Below are positions 21,566 through 33,219 of a stretch of 64,000 bases of DNA, piece after piece. A model generated the notes under the pieces. The model had not been told where the DNA came from. It made no database searches and saw only the letters and a list, made by a program, of their open reading frames with translations. The DNA comes from Macrostomum lignano. Lineage: Eukaryota. Made by a program: the position numbers and the translations under genes. How positions within the stretch are numbered: position 1 is the first letter of the stretch; every line of letters starts with the position of its first letter. The DNA lies in NCBI GenBank assembly GCA_002269645.1, contig NIVC01002126.1:1-64000 (forward strand), read 5' to 3'.

Positions 21566-22408
21566 ATGACTGAAAATGAAGGCAGTGCAGAGAGCCCTAC
21601 AGTGGCGGTGACTCAGCCCCAAGCTAGTTTTGTCAACATGTTTTTGCGGCCGCCTCAATACCAGCATGGACAAGACTTTGAACTTTGGCTGGCGCGATTC
21701 AACAATTTCGCATCATCTCTTCCTGTGGATCAGCGCAAGAATGCTCTGCTGTCATTCTTCGACGACAAATCATATCAAGCGGCCAGCAATTTGGATGCTG
21801 CCCTGTCCTACGACGACTTTGAGAAGGCTCTGAAAAATCGATTTCGGCCATCAACATCATCTGCTGAGCTGCAGGCGCAGTTCTTCAATCTGACTCAAAA
21901 GGACGGTCAGTCGGTTGCAGACTATTCCGATGCCCTGATCGTTGCGGCAAAGCGCGCGTTACCGAGTCTGATGGAGACGAAAGCAGGTGCCGAGCAGGAG
22001 ACGTCGGTGACAGCGAAGGACGAGCTTCTCAAAGGTCGGTTTCTATCCGGATTGAGGGACCCAGCTGTGCGAATGCAGACGCAGATGCAGCCAAAGGCGA
22101 CATTCGCTGATACAGTTGAAACAGCGCGATTCGTGGAATCGATACAGTCGCAAGGAGGCACTGCTACGGCTCTAGCTGCTGAGGTTCCCGAAGCCTTTGC
22201 AGTCGGAATTCAACGGTCCCTGAAGGAGCTGTCCAACAAGCTCAGCCGCTGGGAGTCAAAGGACCAGGATCATCGTCAGAGCGGCGACAGACGCAGAGTT
22301 GTGACATGCTGGAAGTGCGGTAAGCCGGGCCATGTTCAAAGATTTTGCACTCAGAAGTCGGGAAACTTCGATGGAGCGGCGACCGCCGGGGTGCCGTTCC
22401 GCAAGTGA
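21566..22408 (+). CDS. gag: Gypsy Gag with CCHC zinc knuckle
   Basis: Intact ORF from ATG 21566; CWKCGKPGHVQRFC knuckle; retrotransposon capsid-like region (FNLTQKDGQSVADY...FLSGL). Confidence 0.9.
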   Translation: MTENEGSAESPTVAVTQPQASFVNMFLRPPQYQHGQDFELWLARFNNFASSLPVDQRKNALLSFFDDKSYQAASNLDAALSYDDFEKALKNRFRPSTSSAELQAQFFNLTQKDGQSVADYSDALIVAAKRALPSLMETKAGAEQETSVTAKDELLKGRFLSGLRDPAVRMQTQMQPKATFADTVETARFVESIQSQGGTATALAAEVPEAFAVGIQRSLKELSNKLSRWESKDQDHRQSGDRRRVVTCWKCGKPGHVQRFCTQKSGNFDGAATAGVPFRK

Positions 22409-25400
22409 GAATCCCGGCGCAACCAGTCGTAGAGGTGTCCTGCTCAGCCACTGGTGCCAACATGCTGGTAAACTGTCGCATCCTGCCAATGTGTGTCCCT
22501 GCCAGCTGTCTAGTTGACACTGGGTGTTCCCAGTCTTTGATGTCAAGTTCCCTGTTTCGCAAGCTGAATGAGAGGCTCCTGCCTTTGACGACTCCGGTGC
22601 AGTTGAAGCTGGCAGACGGTAACTATTTGGCTGTCTGTGGTTGGCAGGAAGTGCAGCTAAGTTTCAGTGTGGCAACGGTTCGACAAAGAGTTTTAGTTGT
22701 CGACAATCTGGCCAAGGATTTTTGCTGGGTGCAGATTTCCTGGCAAACTGTGGCTGCGTCATCGACTGCAATCGCCAAACGCTCACTGTGTGCGGTCAGC
22801 AAGTAAAAATGGAGTCATCGGCAGCAAGTAGCTGTGTATTCGCCGTTGAGGTAGCAGACAGGACAACCGTGCCCGCTGGTCACGAAATCGTCTTCCCAGC
22901 GAGATTGACAAGTGAGTCAGCTGCAGCTGTTGATGGTGAGTGCGGCATCTTTGAGCCTGACAATTCGAAGGACATCTCCACGGTCATATGGGGAGCGCGC
23001 AGCTTCTCGGTGTTGCGAGGAGGACTCATCGCCGTTCACTATGTCAATACGGACACCAAGCCGCATACATTTTACCCCGGAACAAGACTGGGGACTTTTG
23101 AGCCGATGTCAGATGGTGCCGATGCAGAGTCGTCAATGCAAGTTGAGACAGTGAAAGGTCAAATCGCCGAGTATTCACCAAATGTGCACATTGATGAGAA
23201 AAATCTTACAGCCAATCAAGTTCAGTGTGTCAAAGATCTTCTGCATCAGTACCAGGATGTGTTCTCGAAAATTCCAAACGACCTGGGCTGCACTTAACTC
23301 CTTGACCACAAAGTTGACACCGGGTCGGCGAAACCTATCAGAGTGCCTCCTCGTCGATTGTCGCCGCCGAACCAGCGAGCTGTGTCAGAGATGGTCGAGC
23401 AGATGGTGAGAGACGACATCGTAGAGCCTTCGAATTCTCCGTGGTCGAGCCCGGTCATTCTGGTGAAGAAGAAGGACGGCAGTTTGCGCTTCGTGAACGA
23501 CTTCAGACTGCTCAACTCCGTGACCGTCAAAGACAGTCATTCACTGCCTCACACCGGCGATCTGATCGATGCTCTCCCAGGATCCACAATGTTCTCAACG
23601 CTCGACTTCACTAGCGGGTACACCCAGGTGATGCTGGACTCAGAGAGTCGCGCAAAAACAGCATTTCCTGCGCCACAGGGATTATTCCAGTACAAGAGAC
23701 TACCGCAAGGTGTGTGCAATGGTCCTGCCATGTTTTCAAGGCTGATGGAACTCGTTCTGAAGGGCCTCCGATGGGAAGTGTGCCTGTCATTTCTTGACGA
23801 CGTTGTCATCTTTTCGAAAGGATTCGAGGAGCATCTGCGGCGTCTTGAGCTTGTGTTGCAGAAATTCAGAACCGCTAACCTGAAGTTGAAGCCAACCAAG
23901 TGCCACCTGTGCTATCAGGAAATCTCATTTCTTGGCTTTTGAATCTCAAAAGATGGCGTGACCACTGACCCGGACAAGGTGAAAGCAGTGCAGGAGTGGC
24001 CAACGCCCGAAGATCGTTCAGAAGTGCGACAATTCCTGGGGTTATGTGGCTACTATCGTCATTTCGTTAAAAACTACAGTGAGATTGCTGAACCGCTGTA
24101 CAAGCTAACGCAAAAGGACGTGACCTTCAGCTGGACTCTCGAATGCTCAGCAGCATTTAATCGCCTAAAGCAGTGCCTTACTTCCAGCCCAGTCCTCATC
24201 ATGCCGACATTCGCAGAAGACGCTGAGTTCGTGCTAGATACCGATGCCTCTGGCGTGGCCATCTCCGGAGTTCTTCAAGAGCGCCGTGGTGGCAGGACGC
24301 AGGTGGTGGCGTACGGCAGTCGCATTCTGTCCAAAGCAGAGAGAAATTACTGCACAACGAGGCGTGAGCTGCTGGCAATTGTGCACTTCGTCGGTCACTA
24401 TCGCAGCTACTTGTTAGGAAAAAGATTCACACTACGTACTGATCACGCCTCGCTGATATATCTTCTGCGCTTTCGAGATCCCGATGGTCAGCTGGCACGG
24501 TGGCTGGAAAAGCTAAGCGAATTCGACTACCAGACGGAGTATCGCAAGGGCGAGAAACATGGAAATGCAGACGCACTTAGTCGGCGACCGTGTCGAAAAG
24601 GACCTTGCCTGTGCAGTGGCTCTGCGCTCGCTGTCGAGTTCAATGACGACAGCGCGATTCGACGAGCACAGGCAGAGGATCGGTGCATGCAGAAGCTGGC
24701 GAACTGCTTACGAGATGGGCAACCACCGGATAAGGCAGATACGGACGGCTGGAGCAATCGGCAGCGGCAACTGCTGTCCGAGTTTAAGCGGCTGACACTG
24801 GTGAACGGACTGCTGTGCCGCCGATGGGAATCCGAAGATGGCAGCGCCTTTTGTCAGCAGCTGCTGGTGCCAGAGAGTCTACAGCGCGATTTTTTTGTCG
24901 AAGCTCATGCTGGAACGAGCGGCAGCCACTGCGGACCGCAGAAGACCATTGAAAAGATCAGGGCGCGACTCTACTGGCCTGGAATGACTGTGACTGACTG
25001 GTGTGCTGCGTGCCTCGAATGCGCGACACTGAAAGATTCTGGCCAGCACAGGCGGGCACCTCTACAGAGCATGGCGGTCGGCAGCGTTGGCCAGCGACTG
25101 GAAATGGACTTCATGGTGGGCCTGCCGAGGACCGATCGTGGAAATTCAGTCATCCTGGTAGTCATCGACACCTTCAGCAAGTGGACTGAGGTCTTTCCAC
25201 TGCCGTCTCAAGACGCTGAGACCACAGCCCGGACGTTTGTCAACGAGTGGGTGGCTCGCTTTGGAGTCCCGCAGTCGGTACACACCGACCAGGGTCAGAA
25301 CTGGGAGTCGCAGCTGTTTCAAGAGACGATGCGGCTGCTGCTGAAAATCGACAAGACTCGGACGACAGGCTACCACCCTGAAGGAGACGGCGGTTGCGAA

Positions 25401-26210
25401 AGGATGAACCGGACACTGGTGCAGCTGCTGCGAGCATGGGTGAACGAGAATCAGCGAGACTGGGATCTTCATCTGCAGATTGCACTGATGGGCTACCGCA
25501 CTTCAGTCCACAAGTCGACTGGTCAGACACCTTCGGCGATGCATTTCGGCCGGGAACTGCGACTAACACTGGACTTGGCGTACGGAGGTCTGGCGCTGGA
25601 TACGAGGGGCACTAGATAAGTTTTTAGCTGCGGTCAAACCGTTTATTCAAATTAGGCCATATTTTCTGAGCATATTGAATAAGAAGTTTTATCATGGTTG
25701 TGAATGGGTGGCCAAGCTGCGGAGCCGGCTGCAGACATCGCACGAGAGGGCGCGACAAAACTTGGAGGCAGCGCAACTGCACCAGAAGGCAGCGTACGAC
25801 AGGAGGTGCCACGGCGAGGCATTCAGCGAGAACGACCTGGTCTGGCTGCACAATCCGGCGCTGAAGCGAGGCGAGAGCCGAAAATTTCATCGATGGTGGA
25901 CTGGGCCATGGCGCGTTAAAAAGCAGATCTCGGAGTCACCTACCGCATTCAGCACGAGGCCAATGCACGACGGCGAAGGGTGGTGCATTTCAATCGCCTG
26001 AAGCCATGCAACACGGCCAGTCCAGCTGCAGCACCTCAATTGCAATCAGCGGCGCAACTGCACAATCCTGACGAGGACGACCTGAGATTTGACGGCGCCC
26101 CGGTCGGCGCCCCTGCTGATGTTCCAGAGCATCCAGAACAGCCTGTATTGCGCCAAAGTGAGAGGGCCCGTGCCCCGCCAGAATTTTTTGGTGAAGTGTA
26201 TACTCATTGA
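22360..26210 (+). pseudogene. pol: Gypsy pol (protease, RT, RNase H, integrase) with lesions
   Basis: PR VDTGC; RT LPQG...FLDD; RNase H LDTDAS...ERNYCTTRRELLA; IN zinc finger plus D,D(35)E and GPW. In-frame stops at 23295-23297 and 23940-23942, frameshifts near 22720 and ~25935, and an AT-rich insert at ~25612-25687. Confidence 0.92.
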
Positions 26211-27619
26211 ATGCAGATTTTCTTAGATATTTTTTTAAACATTGACATTGCTTAAGTTCATTTTAATTTCCCCTTTTATTTCCCTCAAATATTTATTCGT
26301 TCAAATATTCGATCAGAATTCGTCGAACTCATACTCGTAACTTTTACTCGTGACAACGAAAAATGCAGAAAGTGAGTGGAACACTTTTTTTGAAAGAAGG
26401 AGAGCATTGTAAGATGGTTTGCTTAGTTGATTGCGTCTGCACACGTTCACTAGCTCTTATGTACATTTGCTCGCTGTACAATGATAATATATAAGTGAAT
26501 GCCTTGGCGCCCTGGGCAGCCAAGAGTCGGTCTACGCCTTAAGCCAATTTCTCGTTTTCGCTTGTTCTTACAGTTCTATACTCCACTGCTAGATGTACAT
26601 GTAGCTATCCCTGTAGAGTGTTCTACCTCCCTAAAAAAGTGATAAAATTGTTAACGTGCTACTTACATAGTAGTAAGACAAGTAGCATGTATAAAGATAT
26701 GCGCTGAACCATACATATATTTGAATCAACCAATAAGAAGAGAGAAATCTCGAGCATGCAAATTTTAGAAATCACCCGATCACGTGTAACCTGCACTTGT
26801 CAGCTCACACCCCAGGTGAGATGCATAATTCAGCCTGCACTCAGGTGAACCAATCAAATGCAACCAAAAATAACTCAAATGCGGTAACCAATCATGCGCT
26901 TTTACACTAAACCAATGGAGTAACTTTCTAACCTGCCATGTTTGACAGCAACCAATCCGTGACCCTTTGACATTTAAGAGCATGAACTCAACGACCTCAT
27001 GCGGGGTCCGATTGCCTATAGATAAAAGTGGTCCAGTGCGGACCGGAGCTTCAGATTTTGCCTTCAAGTCGGCCGGAAACGACTTCAGTGGAAGTAAAGG
27101 AACGTGGACCTGGTTTACGAAACATAGACGTCTAACGAGTCTAACATAGAAGTCCGAGAACTACAAGGAGATCTCTCAAACCGGAGTCAAGGTAAGCAGT
27201 ACCTTCCTTTGATAACTGGGTTGCCAAGCAAAGAAGCTAGAAGTGATTGCTCCTTGATTACTGAGAGTCTTGGTAGTAAAGAACACATCATCCCTTCTGG
27301 TTTTCCATTCCAGCCAGGGAATTAATGACAGATATGCGACGGAGCTTGTCTCAGCTTGCATGCTTGCTGACCTATATTTGTGCCTTAAATCCCTGCTCTC
27401 AAACTTTCAGGGTCATAGAAAAGCCATAGACGCCACAGCGGGCTACTCTCTTTGCTTTTCGGGGATGTACTTTTCGCGAAACCCGCAAGTTCACCCGGTC
27501 ACAAAACTAAAAAACGCAGCTTCTCTCATGTTTCTCTTTAAATCCTTTCTAGTTGACTTTCTGAGATGAAAGCGGACCATAGACATTTGATATTCACTAT
27601 GCTACATGTGGGGCTCCGC

Positions 27620-28246
27620 CATGGATGAATAAAACCCCTACTCTGGTTGTCTCCCTGCCCTTGTGTCTCGGCTCTCATCCTGACAGTGGACTGGAGTCCT
27701 GGGGTTGATGTTCGTCCCGAATCGGGGATACCGGCTGAGTCCGCGTCCTCCTGCTCCTTGTGCCCCTTCCCGACCCCTTGGCCTGGCCTCCAATATAGAG
27801 CTGGATAGGTGACACCCTTGTGGCTTGCAGCCTTAATGGGTTTTCTGGTGGCCTGATAGGAGTCTCGCCCTCGGGAACAAGCCTTCCAGACTCACTCCAA
27901 AATTAAGCCATTTCCGAGACTTCGGGGTGTCCCCGCTTTCGGACCGCTTTTAGTAGTATTTCAAGATTTTTCCAATTCTTTTTTCGCACACTCCTGGGAT
28001 TTGTCTGCTAGGTGGTGACTTGGGTGGACTCGGTCCTAGCACCATCCCTGATTCCAGTTTTGGGTTGGCGGTGTCTTAGTCCATAGGTTTTGGTTGGCAG
28101 ATTCCCCTGGCCCAGACGTCAGGGTCCAATCTCGGGGTATCTCGGGCTATATGCCCCTGGTAGTGCCCCTCAGCGGCAGAGCCCCTCCCAGGGCTGATCC
28201 GCGGGTAGCTCCCGGCTTCCCACCCCCGTATAACAACAACAACAAC
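27620..28246 (+). mobile_element. Putative 3' end of a non-LTR retroelement ending in an (AAC)5 tail
   Basis: GC-rich unique segment ending in TAACAACAACAACAAC, joined directly into the middle of a PLAC8 coding sequence. No recognisable ORF2, so the family is unassigned and the 5' boundary is uncertain. Confidence 0.4.
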
Positions 28247-28378
28247 AAGTACAGCATCAGAGGTAGCGCCATTGACGACTGCTGCTGCGCGATGTGCTGC
28301 TCGGCCTGTGCTGCATGCCAGATTAAACGAGAGCTCGATTACATTGAGCGATCCACCGGTCTGGCCGCGTTTGCTTAG
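28246..28378 (+). pseudogene. 5'-truncated paralog of the PLAC8-family gene (C-terminal 43 codons plus stop)
   Basis: KYSIRGSAIDDCCCAMCCSACAACQIKRELDYIERSTGLAAFA* has 8 nt differences from 14716-14847; 3' flank homology continues to about 28600. Confidence 0.88.
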
Positions 28379-28617
28379 AATAAGGAGCAAGATTAAAACA
28401 AAAATAAGTATCAATTAGCATTCACATGCCATCCAACTTGTGAAAGTAACACTTTCTGATTATCAACCTCGCGCGTGAAAACAAATGAATTTTTTCTCGC
28501 GTCATTTTTTCGAAACAAATACCAGCATTTAAGTATACTCTATAGAATAATTGCGATCACATCAGAATTGCGGTGACCCTAACATTATCTAGTGGTCAAA
28601 ATAGACTAAAACTTTAC

Positions 28618-29360
28618 CCTAGCCCTCGGTACATCTAGCCCTTTGTACATCTAGCCCTCTGTACACCTAGCCCTCTGTACACCTAGCCCTCTGTACACCT
28701 AGCCCTCTGTACACCTAGCCCTCTGTACACCTAGCCCTCTGTACACCTAGCCCTCTGTACACCTAGCCCTCTGTACACCTAGCCCTCTGTACACCTAGCC
28801 CTCTGTACACCTAGCCCTCTGTACACCTAGCCCTCTGTACACCTAGCCCTCTGTACACCTAGCCCTCTGTACACCTAGCCCTCTGTACACCTAGCCCTCT
28901 GTACACCTAGCCCTCTGTACACCTAGCCCTCTGTACACCTAGCCCTCTGTACACCTAGCCCTCTGTACACCTAGCCCTCTGTACACCTAGCCCTCTGTAC
29001 ACCTAGCCCTCTGTACACCTAGCCCTCTGTACACCTAGCCCTCTGTACACCTAGCCCTCTGTACACCTAGCCCTCTGTACACCTAGCCCTCTGTACACCT
29101 AGCCCTCTGTACACCTATAGCCATCTGTACATCTAGCCCTCTGTACACCTAGCCCTCTGTACACCTAGCCCTCTGTACACCTAGCCCTCTGTACACCTAG
29201 CCCTCTGTACACCTAGCCCTCTGTACACCTAGCCCTCTGTACACCTAGCCCTCTGTACACCTAGCCCTCTGTACACCTATAGCCATCTGTACACCTAGCC
29301 CTCTGTACACCTAGCCCTCTGTACACCTAGCCCTCTGTACACCTAGCCCTCTGTACACCA
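28618..29360. repeat. 16-bp minisatellite GCCCTCTGTACACCTA (array 2)
   Basis: About 45 nearly perfect copies. Confidence 0.95.
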
Positions 29361-29689
29361 TAACCTCTCTGTACACCAATAGCCATAGCAAATGTGTTGG
29401 TAACTTTAAGAAAATTAATTTTGACCTTTAGAGATTGTAAATTTCCACCTGTTGATCAGCAAGTCTTGCGTCTTCGACAATCAAGCCAACTGATAATGAA
29501 AAAAAACTCATTTTGCAACCCCCAGAGTGACGCACGACCCCTCATCATCAGTTTAAAATCCTCATTAGTTAATTCCCAAATTTTCCGAGCAACAACATTA
29601 TGCGCTGGTGTCCTACTAACAGTAGCATCGGTATACTTAAGGTACGCGAAATACGTCATGATTCTCATCTAAAATAGTTCTATTGTAAC

Positions 29690-29965
29690 TATAACACTTA
29701 CTGTAAAATCGTCTGTTATACTGTAACTATGTCTGTTTTACTTTAATATCATCCGTTTTACTTTAATATAGTCTGATGTACTGTGATAATGCCAGTTATA
29801 CTATAATAGTGTCTCTTATACTGTAATAATGTCTGCTATACTGAAATAATGTCTGTTATACTATAATAATGTCCGTTATACTGAAATAATGTCTGTTATA
29901 CTGTAATAATGTCCGTTTTACTGTAATAATGTCTGTTATACTGCAATAATGTCCGTTTTACTGTA
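29690..29965. repeat. 20-bp AT-rich minisatellite (CTGTAATAATGTCTGTTATA)
   Basis: About 13 imperfect units. Confidence 0.8.
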
Positions 29966-30714
29966 TCAATATCCGCCCCATCTCTGTTGGTGCAATAGCC
30001 AGTATTGATATTATACAATATATTAGACTGAAGTCTATCAGTATCTACTAAACCTTGTCATTCTTGTCTGTTATACAGTGCACTTTCCTCCCATATTTCA
30101 TAAAGAATGGCACAGAAACCAATGTGACCAATGCTCCGGTGACAGTCTCGTCCGCTCAGCAAAAACGCATTCTTAGCTCGCGCAACACTACACGGCTGCA
30201 GGACCTCTGCTTTCCTGTTCCACACTCGTACATCATTTTCCAGCGTGGACAAAGCAAAAGCAGCCCCTCCGCACACACCCAACACAGGAAAATATTAATA
30301 AACTCAACTAAACCCTTTCTTGTGAAAGAAAGAATTAAGGGTATTAGCGCTTGGGGGGAAAAGAAAATCGCTGTTTTGCTAGCAGTTGCAGTTGCAGCGC
30401 GGCAACTCGGCTTCTCTCCCGAGAGAAAAACAAAAATACAGCTTGACTTGGGAAAAAAATCTTAAGATAGGAGTTAACTATAGAAAGGCGCATTTTTTTA
30501 AACTCTGAGGCTAATTTCTGTATAGGGAATTCTCAAATTCTACTAAAGGACCTGGCACGTTTCTTTGAGAAGCGACTTAAGGTTTATAAAGTGCTTCTTA
30601 AAATATTGGACAAAAAGCAAAAAACTAATTTAGAAATTGATTTCTAAGCTCAAGTGTTGAGATGGAATAGATTGGAGTGGGAATAAGGGAGTTAGGGAGG
30701 CAAAGAGCTGTGCA

Positions 30715-31265
30715 AAGGATATAAAAAGATTGTGGGTGAGCTGTGGAGATGGAGAGTGAGATGAGGAGTTGGAGAGTGCAATGGGGAGATGGAGGGTGAG
30801 ATGGCGAGATGGAGAGTGAGATGGCGAGATGGAGAGTGAGATGGGGAGATGGAGAGTGAGATGAAGAGATAAACGGTGAGATGGCGAGATGGAGAGTGAG
30901 ATGGCGAGATGGAGAGTGAGACGGCGACATCGAGAGTGAGATGGGGAGATGGAGAGTGAGATAGGGAGATGGAGAAAGAGATGGGGAGTTGGAGAGTGAG
31001 ATGGGGAGATGGAGAGTGAGATGGCGAGATGGAGAGTGAGATGGCGAGATGGAGAGTGAGATGGCGAGATGGAGAGTGAGATGGTGAGATGGAGAGTGAG
31101 ATGGCGAGATGGAGAATGAGACGGCGACATGGAGAGTGAGATGGCGAGATGGAGAGTGAGATGGGGAGATGGAGAGTGAGATGGGGAGATGGAGAAAGAG
31201 ATTGGGAGCTGGAGAGTGAGATGGGGAGATGGTCGGTGAGATGGGAAGATGGAGAGTGAGATGCG
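30715..31265. repeat. GA-rich 10/20-bp minisatellite (GAGATGGAGAGTGAGATGGC)
   Basis: Direct repetition. Confidence 0.9.
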
Positions 31266-31989
31266 GAGCAGATGATGGGGTTTAATAAACTTGTTTTCCG
31301 GTTAGGGAGATCTGATGATGAGGAACTCCCCACTCTAACCCCCGGATACGAAGCTGAGGCTGGAAGTGAAAAAAGCGCACACAAATCAAAATGCATCTGC
31401 GTGACTCTCTGGCAATATCTGGATTGGCTGCAGTTCCTCTTGCACAGCTTTTTGCTTTTTTGCTCGTAGATCAATCGTTTTTCCCCAGGAAAGTCTCTCG
31501 TCATCGGAACTGTTCGGGGCAACTCAAAACGAGAGCTTGTATAGCTACTCTTTCTCCATAACTCAGCCATGACTCAGGTCTTCTTTGAAAAAATTCCGAC
31601 TGTGAGCACTGTTGAATGATACGGTGCATAAGCTGGGAATTATCTGTCCGAAGTCTACACCGAATTCCCAACTAGCATAGAAAATGATCGATGCAATGGG
31701 ATTATTGCCCAAGGATCGGTCATCCTTCTTATCAGCTGGGCACTGGGTTGAGGGAGGAGGCGGCTAGGTAACTCGTATGGGAGCGTCAGGATTGTAAAAC
31801 CATGTTTTATAGAGTTGCTACTCAGCACGTGTGCTCAATATAAGCTGATCTGATTAGAACTGAGGGTGGAACTAAGGTTGGCTGCGGCCTGAGCATGGGC
31901 GTGAGCGGCCGCTATCCTGCCTAACCATCTGGGTTGCATTCTCTGACCCTGACTTGTTCACTTCCTGTCTTACTCTTCTCCTTTACCCT

Positions 31990-32830
31990 CTCTACTCGAG
32001 TCTTCACCCTCTTTCTCTCCTCCTAGTCATCACCCTCTCAGTGATCACCCTCTCTCAGTCATCACCCTCCCAGTCATCACCCTCTCCCAGTCATCTCCCT
32101 CCCAGTCATCAACATCTCCCAGTCATCACCCTCTCTCAGTCATCACCCTCTCAGTGATCACCCTCTCCCAGTCATCACCATCTCCCAGTCATCACCATCT
32201 CCCAGTCATCACCATCTCCCAGTCATCACCCTCTCTCAGTCATCACCCTCCCAGTCATCACCCTCTCCCAGTCATCTCCCTCTCCCAGTCATCACCACCT
32301 CCCAGTCATCAACATCTCCCAGTCATCACCCTCTCTCAGTCATCACCCTCTCAGTGATCACCCTCTCCCAGTCATCACCATCTCCCAGTCATCACCATCT
32401 CCCAGTCATCACCATCTCCCAGTCATCACCATCTCCCAGTCATCACCCTCTCTCAGTCATCACCCTCCCAGTCATCACCCTCTCCCAGTCATCTCCCTCT
32501 CTCAGTCATCACCCTCTCTCAGTCATCACCCTCTCCCAGTCATCACCCTCTCTCAGTCATCACCATCTCCCAGTCATCACCCTCTGCCAGTCATACCCTA
32601 TCTCAGTCCTCACCCTCTCTTAGTTATCACCCTTTCTCAATCATCACCCTCTCTCAATCATCACCCTCTCTCAATCATCACCTTCTCAGTCATCACCCTC
32701 TGCCAGTCATACCCTATCTCACTCATCACCATCTCCCAGTCATCACCCTCTCTCTGTCATCACCCTCTCTCAGTCATCACCATTTCTCGGTCATCATCCT
32801 CTGCCAGTCATACCCTCTCAGTCATCACCC
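31990..32830. repeat. ~17-bp minisatellite (CAGTCATCACCCTCTCT)
   Basis: Direct repetition. Confidence 0.9.
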
Positions 32831-33219
32831 TTTCTTTAAATTTTTTAGTTTATTGACGCAGACAATCAAAATTTTATTCTGGATGTCAATTCTAAGAAAG
32901 ACAAAAAGCATTGCGGTTTAAACGCTCCTATTGACAAGAAGCAGTGCTTTGTTTCTGGGAAAGACAGTCAGTCCACTATCCATCAAGCTAGCTGTTTATG
33001 CTGGTAATTAATCATCGAAGCCAAACCTGTTAGTCACAAGATTGTTGAAAGATTTAAAGGCAGTTTTTTTAGTGCAAACTCAGTCGTAAACATTAATGCT
33101 GACTCTGTTAAATATCGCCATTGGCCATTAGAGCCACAATAAGTGACAGATGTTTTGACAGGTAAAAAACATTTTTAAGGTTACCTGGGTTTCTGTCTCA
33201 ACACGTTAAGATGAAGATG

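Larger units (their letters stand above)
21383..26572 (+). mobile_element. Full-length Ty3/Gypsy LTR retrotransposon (5190 bp) with disabled pol
   Basis: 165-bp LTRs 21383-21547 and 26408-26572 (TGTAAGA...TCTTACA, 2 mismatches). 4-bp TSD GTTC. PBS TGGTGGCAGCGG at 21549-21560, complementary to a tRNA-Leu 3' end. Purine tract before the 3' LTR. Domain order gag-PR-RT-RH-IN. Confidence 0.97.

Noticed and set aside
27840-27900. Hammerhead ribozyme (CTGAT... core) in the putative retroelement tail
   Set aside because: CTGATAG is present but no matching GAAA core or three-stem junction could be built.
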